DNA from: Piromyces finnis finn | Taxonomy: Eukaryota; Fungi; Neocallimastigomycota | DNA: 64,000 nucleotides | Assembly: GCA_002104945.1 (NCBI GenBank) | Contig: MCFH01000044.1 | Coordinates: 372,001-436,000, forward strand | Direction of reading: 5' to 3' | Shown here: piece by piece, positions 1 through 15,243 of the stretch | Layout: the number at the start of each line of letters is the position of its first letter | How positions within the stretch are numbered: the stretch's first letter is position 1 | The notes under the pieces: model-generated | Told to the model about the DNA's origin: nothing | Databases searched by the model: none | What the model saw: only the letters and a program-made list of their open reading frames with translations | Translations under genes and position numbers: made by a program

Positions 1-1140
1 ATTCTTCATTAGATTCCTCATTATTTAATTCTTCATTTGAATCTTCAACTTGTTTAGATTCTTCATTAGATTCCTCATTATTTAATTCTTCATTTGAATC
101 TTCAACTTGTTTAGATTCTTCATTAGATTCCTCATTATTTAATTCTTCATTTGAATCTTCAACTTGTTTAGATTCTTCATTAGATTCCTCATTATTTAAT
201 TCTTCATTTGAATCTTCAACTTGTTTAGATTCTTCATTAGATTCCTCATTATTTAATTCTTCATTTGAATCTTCAACTTGTTTAGATTCTTCATTAGGTT
301 CTTCATTATTTAATTCTTCCTTTGAATCTTCTTTATTTAATTCTTCATTAGATTCTTCATTATTTAATTCTTCCTTTGAATCTTCTTTATTTAATTCTTC
401 ATTAGATTCTTCACTATTTAATTCTTCATTTAAATCTTCTTTATTTAATTCTTCATTAGATTCTTCAACTTGTTCAAATTCTTCATTTAAATCTTCTTTA
501 TTTAATTCTTCATTAGATTCTTCAACTTGTTCAAATTCTTCATTTAAATCTTCTTTATTTAATTCTTCATTAGATTCTTCAACTTGTTCAAATTCTTCAT
601 TTGAATTTTCAACTTGTTTAGATTCTTCAACTTGTTCAAATTCTTCATTTGAATTTTCAACTTGTTTAGATTCTTCACTATTTAATTCTTCATTAGATTC
701 TTCATTATTTAATTCTTCATTTGAATTTTCTTTATTTAATTCTTCATTATATTCTTCATTATTTAGTTCTTCATTTGAATCCTCTTTATTTAATTCTTCA
801 TTAGATTCTTCACTATTTAATTCTTCATTTGAATCTTCTTTATTTAATTTTTCATTAGATTCTTCATTATTTAGTTCTTCATTTGAATCTTCAACTTGTT
901 CAGTTTTTTTATTAGATTCAACTTGTTCAAATTCCTCATTTGAGTCTTCTTTATTTAATTCTTCATTAGATTCTTCACTATTTAATTCTTCATTTGAATC
1001 TTCAACTTGTTTAGATTCTTCACTATTTAATTCTTCATTAGATTCTTCATTATTTAATTCTTCGTTTGAGTCTTCAACTTGTTTAGATTCTTCACTATTT
1101 AATTCTTCATTTGAATCTTCAGCTTGTTCAGTTCCTTCAT
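1..1140 (-). repeat. Coding minisatellite, 57-nt unit (19 aa, ESKQVEDSNEELNNEESNE)
   Basis: Five identical 57-nt units start at 1, 58, 115, 172 and 229. Shuffled, degenerate sub-units continue to about 1140. Confidence 0.9.
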
Positions 1141-3248
1141 CTGTTAAATTACCATTTTGATCATTTGCATTATTATTTTCTTTTATATATTCTTTAGTGT
1201 TTTGTTTTTTATCATTGATTTCTTCACTTTTATCATTTTTTTGATTTTTATCTTTTTTTAAAATTTCATTATCTGTAATCTGGTCATTTTCATTTTTCAT
1301 TTCTTCATTAGTATTTTCCGTTTTGTCTAATGAACTACTTTTTAATATCGGTACAGTACTATTAATATTTTGATTATCCTCTTCATCATTATTTATATTA
1401 GAAGAACTTCTATTTAATGGTGGTAGTTTATTAACTAATGGATTTTTAACAACCTTATTTAGATCAATGCTATCTTTTTCAACTATACTCATATTTTTTA
1501 TTATTTGCTTTTTTTCAATTTCTTTTGAAATGCTTAATTTATCCTTTTTTTTAGTACTCTTAATATGAATTGATGGAAGAGTAGTTTGATTTTGACTACC
1601 ATTACCACTATTATCATTATATAACTGTTTATATTGATTTATAGTATTGGCAATTGATTTAATATGCTTTATTGCGTCATCCTTACATTTTGTTTTCTTA
1701 TCTAAGGAATGAATATGAATATATTGAGGTATTTTCAAGGATGACTGACTTGTACTTGTTAACATCCGTTTAATTTCTAATGGAGACTTCATCATTTTAT
1801 TATGATAAATTGGGAAAGAATTTGGTTCTATTTTGTTTTTCGAATCTTTTCCAATATGTAAAACATTTGAACTTTGCGATTTAGTTTTTCTACTTAAATT
1901 GTATTTTTCTTCATTTTGTATTTGCTTTAAAGATGGTTCTTCCATAAATTTATGCTTGTTAAAACTCTTCAAATTTGAATCAAATATTTTCTTTTTTAAA
2001 TTTTTAATTATAATTTCCTTTTCTTCAATGTCTTTATTTTTTTGTTCTAATTCGATATTTTTTTTCTCCAATTCTTCACTTAAATGCTATTAACATATAT
2101 AATTTAAAAATATGATAGATATTAATATAAATTTTGTCATTAACAATAAGTAATAATAAATATAATATATACATACAGTAACATTTTCTTTTAATTTTTC
2201 ATTTTCATTATTGTATTTAAGTGTTTCATAATATTTTGTATCTTCTTTTATTTTCTTAATTTTTTCATTGCTCTTATATGTATCTTCCTTATTTTTAGCT
2301 AATATTTTCTATTTTTATATAAATATATTAATTTATTAAAATAATAAGATAACAGATATATCTTATATTTATATATATTTTTCTTACATCAATCTCATAA
2401 TTCTTTTCTTGAAGTTCAGTTTTTAAATCATCAATTTCAATCATTAAATTTTCTTTTTTTTCAACTAATTCATTTTTTCCATAACGAATGACTTCCTTCT
2501 TCTTCTTTTTTTTACTTTCATTTTTAAATTCAAAACTATTTGTTATAATTTCGATTCTTTTTTTGTAAATTTTATTTTGTGCCTGTATTAAAATGAAATA
2601 TATATTTTTTATAATAATTATATATATTAATATTTAAATAGATAAATTTTTTAAATTCAATATTTAAATTATTTAATACATTAAGATATATGCTACCTTT
2701 AATGTTTTAATTTCATCAGTTAATTTTGCAATAGTCTCGGGATATTTTCTTAAAAGCTTATTTGAGCTTTTAATTGTATTATCTTGAACTTTTTGAATCT
2801 ATTTAATATTTAAAAGCAAAAAATAATTATTTCTGTATTTAATATTAAGTAATAATTTTTAATTTGAAATTATTGTTATTATATATTACTTACATTAACT
2901 AAAAACGATTTATCTTTTTTTAAATCATTGATTTTTTGTAAATTAAGGTCGGAAAGTGTTTTTTTACCATGCTTTGTTTCTTTTATATTAATAACTTCTT
3001 TTAATTTTAGATTTTGAGTAGACTTTTTTTTATTTTTCAATACTTTTTTGTTTGCATTATTTTCTGAACAAAAATAAAAATATTAATATAAAGTTTGAAA
3101 AATATTTATATATATATTTATAAATAATGAATAATGAATATGTAAAAATTATACCATTTATCATTTCATCATTTTCTTGAAGAGAAGATGTACTTTTTTT
3201 AGACTTTATGGAATTTATTATTCCATCTTTTGATTTAGAGGAAAGCAT
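1..3248 (-). CDS. Uncharacterised K/E-rich coiled-coil protein with acidic C-terminal tandem repeats; 3' end lies outside the window
   Basis: ATG at 3248 (MLSSKSKDG...). Hand-joined GT-AG exons: 3248-3155, 3063-2894, 2798-2697, 2582-2388, 2298-2177, 2086-<1. The last exon reads open (HLSEELEKKNIELEQKNKDIEEKEIIIKNLKKK...) into E/N/S repeats. Family not recognised. Confidence 0.75.
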
Positions 3249-3937
3249 ATTTAAATGTTTAGTTTCCTATATTTTACAAATTTTCAAAAATATGTTTAAA
3301 AGTTTTTTTTTTTTTTTTTTTTTTTTTTTTGAAAAAATGAAAAGGTATTGAATATTTATTTAATTTTTAATAATGAAAATATTTTTTTTATTATATTACT
3401 TTATAATTCATTTTATTTTTTATGTAATATTCATTGCTTTTATTGTAACTTTTTTTTTCTTTAAAAAAACAGTTCAATTTAAACTTTTCGAACTACCAAA
3501 GTAATGGAATTTAATTTTATATAATTATGAATATTATTTAATTATTTTTTCATTTAATCATAAACTTTAATGTTTATGATAATAAGTACGCTTTGATATA
3601 ATTTTCATAAAATATATACAATATAATAAAGAATAGTGATAATTATTATTTAAATTATTAATGTAAATATTTTATAAAAAAAAACTTTAAAATTAAGTTA
3701 AATTTTATTAATGTAAAAAATTTTAAAATCTAAATTTTTTTATAATACTTTTTTATTTTATTATTTTCCTTTAACTATTTAGTAATTTTCCATAAACAAT
3801 TCTAAGCATACTATTATATTTATTATAAGAAGTATATACTTTTTATAATTAATATGATATTCTTTTATTATAAAATAAAAACTACTATTAAATACAATTA
3901 GTTTTTCTCTCTTTTTTATTATTTTTCAATTAATTTA

Positions 3938-4024
<87 letters not shown>

Positions 4025-4145
4025 ATAGATAAATAAATAAATAGATAAATAAATAAATAAATAAATAGATAAATAAATAAATAGATAAATAATAATATAG
4101 TAATAATATAGTAATAATATAGTATTAATATAGTATTGATATAAT
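3938..4145. repeat. (TAAA)n/(TAGA) microsatellite followed by (AATAATATAGT)n
   Basis: Read directly; intergenic, between two divergent genes. Ends approximate. Confidence 0.9.
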
Positions 4146-5552
4146 ATATTTAAATAAAATTTCTAAATAACTTGTAATAAGTATGCCATATTAATTACTA
4201 ATTTATTATTATTTATTTATCTTTTAAATTATGATGGTTAGTGTAATATATTACTTTTGTTGAAATAATTTTTTTTAAAATTTTTTTAATAATATACTAT
4301 TATAAAGTTAACCTTTTCATTTACAAATTGATTTACTAAAACAATGTTCCACAAATTAAATAAAAGAATAAGTAAAGAGAATATGTAATTAAGGAGTTAT
4401 TATTTAAATGATTTTTAATTATAAAGTGGATTTTATTATATAAAATCAATGGATAATCATTAAATTTGAAAAAACTTTTTTAAAAATATTTTAATTTTTA
4501 ATATTTTTCAATAATAAACTGAATAAACATTGATTACTGGTTATAAAAACAAATTTAAAAATTTACATAAGCAACAAAATTTTATTTTTATAACAATTTT
4601 TCTATTACAATAGTATTATTTTTATTTTTGGTTTGGTTTGCTATTTGTATAAAATAAAATTTTGATAATTAAATCATTCACCATTAATTATTATTTGTTA
4701 ATTTCGAAAAACGTTTTTAATTAATTAAATATAAATTAATATATGTTAATATATTAAAATAAAATATAAGCATTAAAAATATAATTTTATTTTTCTTTTT
4801 GCTACTTTAAAGAAATTGTAATTTCAAAGTAATATTAACCTTTTTTTTTTTTTTACTAACATTTTCAATAAAATAAAGAAGTTCTAATTTGTTATTTTTA
4901 TTAAATTAAAAAATAATTTGATAATTTAATATTTTTTTAAAAAAACACAATTATTTAAAATTATTTAATAAACTTAGCATTTATTATAATTATTATTAGT
5001 AAACAAATACTTCAATTAGCTTTATGTTTTACATTAGTAAAACATTCATTAATTATTAAAATTAAGTAAATATATATAATGTATACTATTTATTTATGCT
5101 CTGTTATATATGTATTCAAAATAAGCTATTGTAATATAATAATAGTTGAATTTTTTTTTTTTTTCAAAATTTAATTATACAATATGAAATTTATATTATT
5201 TTTTTAAAAAATGATAAATTTATTTAGAATTTTAAACACAGAATTTTGTTACTTGTTATAAATAAGTAAATAAAATAAAATAAAATAAAGCAATATAAAA
5301 TTAAAACCAATTTTAAAAAGAAAAAACAATTATATATATTAATTGATAATTTATAAAAAAGTAAAAAATCACAAATCTTGATAAAAATGACTATTTTTTA
5401 TTATTTTTAATACTTATACTATTTATATAAAAACCGAATGGACATTTTATAAAAAATTGACAAATTCATAAATATAGTAACAAAATATATATAAAAACAA
5501 TCTATATAAAGATTACTGACTTTTTTTTAAATATATTTAAACCAATTTAAAT

Positions 5553-7216
5553 ATGAAGATAAACAATCAAACTTTAAAAATGTCTTCATATATAATTCGT
5601 GAATATCCGGGTGTTGCTACATTTTTTTCCTCAAAGGAATATTTAGATATTTATAAAGGTAATGAGATTATATATATTTAAATTATTATTATTATCTATA
5701 AAAATTTCAAATTTTATATAAAATTTCTATCCATAAACAATAATTAATAATTAATAAATAATTTTATATATAAAAATTAGAAATAAATATATTAAGAGCA
5801 ACTGAAGATCCAATTACAGCCCCATTTCAATCTAAATATAAAGTAAATATATACTATATAGTATATATAATAATATATATATAATAGCAAACAATTATAA
5901 TTAAAATATTGATTTCATTTATATAATTTTAACAATAATTATAACAAATATTTTATAATATTTTAATTCAAAATATACGAAAAAAGGCTAGGGAAATCAT
6001 GGTACTTATTTTATTAAAAGAAAAGTAGCTTATATATATAATAAATAATAAATATTTTTTAATATATATATAATCTTTATATAGTTAGATATTAAAGAAA
6101 AGTTTATTGAAAGAGTAAGAACTGGTGCAGAAGAGGTTCCACAAGAAGTATATATTAAGTTTTTTTTTTTTTTTTTTAAAATGAAACTTCCAAAGTGAAA
6201 AAGTTATTATAACCTTTTATTTAAATAATATTTCATTTAGACGGAAGAATTGATATTAGCCTTATTTAACTACCATTTAGGTTTAAATTATATAGAAACT
6301 GATGAAGAATCACCTGGTGAAAAGAATCTTAATGCTAGGTAAATTAATATATAAAAATGCAAAAATTGAAATACTAACAAAAATATATATATATACTAAA
6401 AAATTTATTATTCTAAATAAAAAACTTTCATTAATTTTTAATAAAAAGTGTTTCAGTTTTACGTCAATATGAATTACAACCTCAATTTGTTGCCCATTTA
6501 ATAAATGCTTTAAATCAGCTTGGTATTTTATGGTTTAGTTGGGAGTATGTATAATAGTTATAATAAAAAAAACTCACTTCTTTATATAAATATTAGCATG
6601 AAACATTATTCTAAATATCATGTATATCATATATATAAAGTGATTTTACAAATAAAACTATTACTCCAAAATCCGAAAAATATTTTGAGGAAGCTTATGT
6701 ATGATAATACAATAATAAAATAACTTAATTAAATGTTGATTTTTGAAATATGAAATATGAAAATATAATTATTTAATATTACATTATATTCGTATTATAT
6801 TCATATATATTCATATATACATAATTTGATATAGAAATTATATGAAAAATACAATTATTTAAATAGAAACACCATCCCTACAATTGAGTAATATATCAAT
6901 AATAGAATAATAGCTTATTTGAATATACAAATTAATTAAATAAACTTTAAATTTAATTTTCCATATTAATTAGTATTTTAAACCCATTTGAAGAAGATGA
7001 TGATGAAAAAAAGAGAATGGAAACATTTGAATCATATCATACATTGACTATTTACTATCTTTCACAAGTTTATTCTGCAAAAAATATGAATGATAAATCG
7101 GCAAAATATTCAGCAATGACATTAGATAGGGAGTTAAGACATTCTTCAATTGATCATTATGTAAATATTTTTTTTTAATAACAAATGACGTCATATAGTT
7201 TGAAAAATGTATTAAC

Positions 7217-7252
<36 letters not shown>

Positions 7253-8544
7253 TTAATTTTAATAACAAGAACTGGTGTCTTAATTGCATTAAGCTTGGTC
7301 AATATCACTCTTCTATTCTCGAATTCAAGAATGCTTATCGCTGTTTATGTAATTAATTTAATTTTTTTTATTAATATATTCTTATTAAAATAGTATGTTG
7401 AATTGTTTTTATTTTTATATTAATTTGAAACCAAAAATATAATAAAAAAGCATGTGCTGAATATATGTCGAAAATAATTGATGCCAATAGTACTATTCCG
7501 GAAGATGTTGAAGAAGATCCAATTAAAAAATTAGAAGCAGAGTTAAATTGGAGCTGGGGTAAATTTTATCTTGCTGCTTTGGAGGAAAGCGTGTAAGCAT
7601 TTTGAGGAAAATAAATAATAAATAAAATAAAATTATAATTTTATATATTGGTGTACATTTATTGAATTAAAATTATAAAAATATTAAAATATAAGTAAAC
7701 GTTATGAAAGTGGAAATGTTAAATTTAATTTAAATGAACCAAGGTAAATATATTTATATTACTTTATTAATTTATATATATATTAATTTTTGTTTTTTTC
7801 TTAAACGTTCTTTTTCTTTATATTTATAGTCCTATTGGCCCACAATTATTTAGTGCTTTAACATTTGAATCAAATCGTACTCCAGTTAGATCGAATTTAG
7901 CTACTAATTTTAATGAAGTATATACTTATATAATAATAATAATAATAATAATAATTAAATATTATTACTGATAATTTTTTTCTTTTAAAATTTTTTTAAA
8001 GGCGAAAGAACTATTTATTGAAGGTGTTCAATCTCTTGAAAATTCATTAAACTTTTATATTTTTGATGGTTATGTTTCGGATCATGTTAACATTAATTTA
8101 GTAGGTTTTTTCACCTTTTTCTTTTATATATATATGAGTGCATCTAATAATTCATTAATACAACATATACACTTTTTTTATAGGAAATAAGCAAATTTTA
8201 TAAATTATTATCAGTCTTCCAATTAAATAATAAGGAATGCAGGTAAGCATGAATAATAATAAGATCTTAACATTAAATATATAGAAAAAAATATAAATTA
8301 ATAATAAATATTATTGTTATTATAAATAAAAGCATAATTCATCAAGCACGTATCTCCAGTTTATTACCATTAGAATCACAACTAAGCTTTGAACATTATT
8401 CTCATCTTGTACAATTATTAATTGCTGAAATTGCTAATGCTTATGAGGAATTAGCTAATTGTGAAATTAAATCATTAGAGGAAGAAGAAATAACAGATTT
8501 AAAAGGAAAATATGAAACTGCTAGAAACTCAAATGAATAGTAAT

Positions 8545-8584
<40 letters not shown>

Positions 8585-9315
8585 ATATAATTTAAAAATA
8601 AATATTTAATATTTTATACTATTTTTAAATTAAATTAATATGTTATATGTGAATTATATTATAGCAATTATAAAGCTATTGAATTCCTTGAAGAATATAT
8701 TATATCATTTGCTGATCCAACCCTTAAACGTTTACCTGATCCAATTCCAAAAGCTATCGTTAAAACTATCTTAAATACATGGTGGAAAATGGGTGATTTA
8801 TGGTCAAGAATAATTGTTATTCCAGATGTTGAGAAGGAAGAAAAAGAAAATGAAGTTTCAAGTGATGAATCTATGAAGAGCGAATATTTAGATAATATTC
8901 AAAAGAGGTAAATTCAAATAATTTTAAAAAAGATAATATATATGAAAAATTATATATTAATATAATAATTTAAATTAAAATAGTAAAAAGTTATATGAAG
9001 CTATCGTTAGTTACTGTAAAAAGAATTATGTTCATAAATATGATGATGAGTTAAAGGTAATTAAAGTTAATTATAGAATATATTTATTTCTTAATATATA
9101 AGTTCAATTTTATTAATATAATAAATCATCATTATTATAATAATTTAATCCTTTATGTTTTTTTTTTTTTTTTTTTTTATCGAAATATTATTATTATGCT
9201 TACATATATTAAGACTGTAAAACAATTATTAGAAAATATTGATAAAGAAATTGAAAAAACAACCAACTTAACAAAGTCTGATCATTGGTGTTTGACTTCA
9301 TTACCAATAGTATAA
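5553..9315 (+). CDS. KIFBP: KIF-binding protein (KBP/KIF1BP family, TPR-like kinesin inhibitor), multi-exon
   Basis: Start 5553 (MKINNQTLKMSSYIIREYPG; 5580 is an alternative). Exon peptides resembling KBP: ATEDPITAPFQSKYK, LALFNYHLGLNYIETDEESPGEKNL, ALNQLG, YHTLTIYYLSQVYSA, FYIFDGYVSDHVNINL, LLIAEIANAYEEL. Stop TAA 9313-9315 (..CLTSLPIV*). More than a dozen short GT-AG introns; not every junction was verified. Confidence 0.75.
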
Positions 9316-9429
9316 AATTAAGCTGTGAAATATTCGGGAAAAATTCTTAAAGTTACAATATAAATAAAATGCCAATTATTTAAATTATTTATTGAACAAT
9401 TAAATGTCCTTGACGACAATGTCAAAAAG

Positions 9430-9466
<37 letters not shown>

Positions 9467-9677
9467 ACATAAATATATTAACAATACTAATCAAATTAAT
9501 AACATTAATGAAATATTAGAATAAAAATAGAGAAAAATTATATATTTTGATAAACAAAAATTCAAAAAAGTAAAATAATCTTTTTTTTTTATTTTAATTT
9601 AACTAAGATAAAGTTTTAATATTTTCAATCATAATTATACTAATACCTTAAATACCATCATCAACAACAACAACAGC

Positions 9678-9717
<40 letters not shown>

Positions 9718-9940
9718 GTTAATGCTGTTATATTATTAGAAATATTATTCAAGAAAATTTCTTTAATTTTTAACAGTTTTAATTTTTAATGTATTTTTTT
9801 TACTTTAATTTTATAAAATTAACTACTAAATAAAATAATTATATAAATTTTTTAATTTCGAATATACATATATATTTGTATTAACTAATAATAATTATGT
9901 TTTTTGAAATAAAAATGAAATACAACAAAAGTAATTAAGT

Positions 9941-10068
<128 letters not shown>

Positions 10069-10296
10069 CAAATAATCGATATTAAAAATTTCAGATTATG
10101 TTTAATATAAATAAAAAAAATTTTTATTATTTTTTTATAGATGTGAAAAATATTTTTAATATTAAATTAAGACCTTATGCAAAAATTTTGATTGTTAAAT
10201 AAATAATGTATGTAAGATATAGATTAATTATAAATTATTGGTACAATTAAATGAAAAATAAATTATTGAAGGATATAATATGCGATTATGCTTTAA

Positions 10297-12276
10297 TTAT
10301 TCTCTATTATTGTTAAACAAATAATTTTTTTGAAATTTTTTCTTCTCCTTCTAAATGTTTTCTTTTATTTGAATTTGTATCTTGCTTTATGCAATGTGGC
10401 AATTTTGAAGGAATAGTTGGTCTTGGTTTATTTCTGAAATATGGGTGTAATAATGCCTATTTTCAAATGTATAAATATAATAATCATTTAGTTTTAAAAA
10501 GAAGGAATTATCATAATAATATTTATTATTTTAATGTTGCTTACATCTTGTGCTGAAATACGTTTAACAGGATTATATGTTAGCATTTTTTCCAATAAGT
10601 CAATTGCATCGTTACCTGCAGCTGTAAAGAGTTTTCCCCATGGAGTTTTTGGATAGACAGGAAAATCGAGTTTGAAAGAAGATGGTACAGGTAATGATTT
10701 CATACCAGGCCAAGTTTCTTCAGTAGGAGTACCTAAAGCTTGGAAAATTATATCTAATTGCCCCATATCTGTTTCACCTGGAAGATATGGGGTACGAAGC
10801 ATAAGCTCTGCAAAAATACATCCAACAGACCACATATCAACACCATAACCATATTTTTTAGCACCCAATAATAACTCTGGAGCACGATACCATCTATCAT
10901 GAAAGAAAAAAAAAGAAAGAAAGAAAAAAAAAAAAAAAAAAACAAATAAAGATTTTAGTATATTTTTTTATCTTTAAAATATATATAATATATGAAGAAA
11001 ATATTGATTATTTTATTACCTTGTTACTACTTGTGAAGTCATTGTTTCTGAAGGTTCACCATAGTCACGGGATAAACCAAAATCAGCAATTTTTAATTGA
11101 CCATTACTAGAAATTAAAAGATTATTTGGTTTTAAATCCTGTAATGTAATATAATATATTAGTTATGATTTATATTCAGTATTATAATTTATATATTAAT
11201 TAATTAATAGATAGAATCACAATATTATTGATTATTTATAGTATTTTCTTTCTATCTTTATCTTTTCCCTTTTATTTTTCTAGGAAATTATTATTTATAG
11301 TTTCGAGATTTTACCCTGTGAAGAATAAATGAACGATGACAGTGATAAAGCCCTCTTAATGTCATTAACATCCAACTTTTTATATCAGCTACAGAAAATA
11401 CCCCATCGTATTCTTTTATAACCTTTTCTAAATCTGAATCCAAGAATTCTAGTACCAAGTTCAGGTTAGTTTTATTGGAGAAGACATCAATTAACTTTTT
11501 ATAAAAATATAATTTTAATATTAATATTATCATTCTTATAATATAATTCTATTTTCATTTTATTTTCTTTTAATAAAATTACTTCAATAATGTTTGGATG
11601 TTTTAATTCTTGTAAAAACTTAATTTCTCTAATAGCAGTCATATCAAATCCATCTTTAAAACTACCTAATTTGATTTTTTTTATAGCAACTTTTTTCCCT
11701 GTGCTTAATTGAACACCTTTTAAATTTTAATGAATATATTACAAAATATAATAAATATAATGTGTGATTTTATTCCTGTTGTATTTTAATTTGTAAAAAT
11801 TTATAATTAAAAATCAATATACCTTCATAAACAACCTATTAATATATATATATATATATATATATTTTTTAAAAAAAGATTTATATTATTTATATATTTT
11901 ATCAGTAAAAACAGTTTAATGAAATTGAAATTTCATTAAAAAATACTATATTATATATTATGTTTAAATAAAATAAGGAATTATTCAATTCTACTTTACC
12001 GCAAAAGTACCTTCACCAATTTTTTTTTCTTTTATATAACTATATAATATAAATTTTAATAATAATAAAGTTAAAATTATTACTTTATATCTTACTTTTT
12101 TATATTTAATGAAATTTCATCTTTATAAATATTTCGGTATTCTATATGATTTACTTTTTTATTGGATTTATTTCAAATTTCTTTTTATTTTTTTTCTCAT
12201 TTTCTATTTTCTTTTCATCATCTATTGAATTTATTTTAGAATTAGGGTCAACAGGATCTTCTATTACTGATGTCAT
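10297..12276 (-). CDS. CDK7: CDK7/Kin28-type cyclin-dependent kinase (TFIIH/CAK), multi-exon
   Basis: ATG 12276 ([14 protein letters not shown]...). Kinase motifs across exons: [46 protein letters not shown] (Kin28-like DMxAIRE helix), [65 protein letters not shown]. Stop 10297-10299. Confidence 0.9.
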
Positions 12277-13634
12277 TATTTTGTATTAATTCTTGATGAT
12301 TTGAAATTTGGAATTATTATTAAGATTATTAATAATATTATTATTTTGATATATATGACTTTGTTATTGTGTATAATTAATTGATTGACTAATTATAGCA
12401 ACTTTTTAATGTATAAGCCTTGAATTAATTACAAATTACTTAGTTATGAAAATGTTAGAAATGTATTAATAAATCTTCAATTATGTGAATATATGTAAAT
12501 TAAATTTCAAGAATTAAATTAAAACCATTAACAAATCAAATAACTATTATATTGTATTATATTATTTATGTTATTATTGCTATTTACTATTATTATCATT
12601 AATTTATTTATTTATTTTTTTCTTTTTTTTATTTTATTTTTATTTTTTAATTTGGAATTTGATAATATTATAATAATTGTTGAACATTTATAACATAAAT
12701 ATTTATCTCCTTTTATTTTTTATTTTTTAATGCTATAAAATTTTGTGATAAATATTCACGTGTATTTCATAATTATTCATATATTTATGGAATAGATCTA
12801 TATTTTTTGTACAACATAATGGATAATCCATATCATATTATTTATTATTTATAATTTCATTAGACTATTTTTTTTTTAAATAAAATATAAACTATGAAAT
12901 GCATAAATAAAATTTTGAAATTTGAAATAAAGCCTTTTTTAATTATTAATTAAAATGAAGATTAAAGATTATCATTAATAATATTATTAGTTAATAGTAA
13001 ATAGTAAATATTTTTATTTTTTATTATTATTATTTTTTAAATTATTAATTATTTAATTTATACATCTATATATCTATAATTCGTATAAAACACATTTTAC
13101 ATTGTTTAAATTAAAATACAGAAAAGATAATTTTTCAAAAATTTAATTTAAAAATTGAAATTGTCAAAATTAAATTAGATAAATTTTAATATAAAAACAA
13201 CATATATAATTAAATTATAAATACTTTTTTTTGTAAAATAAAAAAAAAATATATATATATATATAAATATATATAAAAGGAAAATAAAAAAAAAGTTAAT
13301 ATAGAAATTAAATAATAAAGAACATTTATAAGGAAAGTTTTATAACTAAAAAGTAAGTATAATCAAAAATAATATATAAATATATACATTAAAAATAAAT
13401 AAAAATAATTAAATATTAATAAATTAAAAAGTAATTAATTTTTTAAATATTGTAATAAAATAAATTGGTTAATAGTAAATTAATACTTATAATTATTAAA
13501 TTGACTTTATTCATATATATACTTAATAAAAATAAAAATACATAAAAAAAGAACAACTATACCATATACTCAATATTAATATTTTAAATTTAAATTTTAT
13601 TGAACAAATTATAAAAGAAATAAATAAAATCAAA

Positions 13635-14894
13635 ATGGCAACTGATTTAGATGAAATTTACATCAAAGTAAAAAGATATTCGAAAACATTAATTCCGTTA
13701 ATTGCAAGAATATTAATTACATCTGCTTTTATTCAAGATTCTGTTGATATTTAGTAAATATTATCCCCTTTTTTTTAATTTTAATTATTATAATGAATTT
13801 AATAGTGCAAAAAACAAATAGATATTCCTTTTGTAAATATAATTTGAATTATAAAATAAATTTTAATATAAAAAATTATATGTTTTATCGCTTATTTATT
13901 AATATTAAAGGAAAAAAAAAGTCTTTTAAGTCTAATAATAATTGTTAATATATTTAATTATTTTTTAAGATTCAGCTAAATGTTATATTCATATATATAT
14001 TATTTTTTAAAAAATAAAAGAACGTACTAATTTTATTAAATTTTTATAAATATATAATCTTTATTATATAACTCATAACTACTATCAAATAATAAATATC
14101 CTGTTTAATAATTAGTAAAACACTTGAAAAACCATCTTTTAATATTTTGAAAATATTTTGGTATATCTACCAATGCAATATTATTCTGTCATCACTAATT
14201 TGCTCAATATTAATTATATGCAATAAATTTATAGCTCCATGTACTATATGTTTAACAACATTCTCTTTCATTTCTTTGATTGTATACCATAACTTTACTG
14301 ATACTATACTTATTACTAGAAGATGTTCTGTGTTAGGTGGTCTTTTACTTCTCATGGCTAAAGGTTTTGATGATAAGAAAAAGCAATTTAAGATAGGTTT
14401 ACCAGATGTTCCAATTATCTCAAATTCAATGTATATTCAACTTGCTGGCCGTCTTATGATTACTTTCTTATTCTTTACTCAACTTATTGGTATGAATTTC
14501 AAATCTCATATCTTCTGGAGTATTCTTACTATTATTCTTTGCGCTGCAGCTTTTGTTATGATTGGAATAGGATATAAAGTTAGAATTATTAGTCCAATTT
14601 TATGTATTGGTATTTTAATTGTAAATGTATTTATATATCCATGGTGGGAATTCGCCGATCCAGTAAGTTTTATTAAATTATTTAGAACATATATCAAATA
14701 TATGATATATATAGAGTAATTAATCATAATTATTTCTTTTTTTCTTTCCTTTTTTCATAATATTTAATTAGAAAATTGAAAGAGATGTTAGATTTGAATT
14801 CTTCCAAATGTTGGCTATTGCAGGTTCATTACTTTTACTTGCATATGAAGGTGCTGGTGAATTAAGTGTTGATGAGAAAAAGAAGAATTACTAA
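13635..14894 (+). CDS. SURF4: SURF4/Erv29 family ER cargo receptor
   Basis: Exons 13635-13753, 14116-14662, 14772-14894. LIPLIARILITSAFIQDS N-terminal motif, several hydrophobic segments, LLLLMAKG, IQLAGRLMITFLF, RFEFFQMLAIAGSLLLL, and C-terminus GAGELSVDEKKKNY* (dilysine ER-retrieval signal). Confidence 0.9.
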
Positions 14895-15206
14895 ACTTGT
14901 CAAAAGAAAAAAAAAAAAACTTATTAAAAACCTCATTTTTAAATATTAAAATAAAATGATAAATTATAAATTATTTGCATAATTAACAATATATTTAACA
15001 TAAAATTATAATTCTTAAAACTTATTTATAAAAATAAATAGTGTAAAATTATATATATGTACCCTGTCCTTTTTTCTATTAAAAAAAAAAAAAAGCAATA
15101 AATATTTAAAATTAATAAATATTAAATATTCATCATATGTATATGTGAATATGCCCCTTTCGTATATTATATACGAACGAAAATTATAACACTACATTTT
15201 TAATAC

Positions 15207-15243
<37 letters not shown>

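Noticed and set aside
1-285. Regular direct repeats resembling a CRISPR array
   Set aside because: Units are contiguous with no unique spacers, are a multiple of 3 in length, lie in an open minus-strand frame, and the DNA is eukaryotic.
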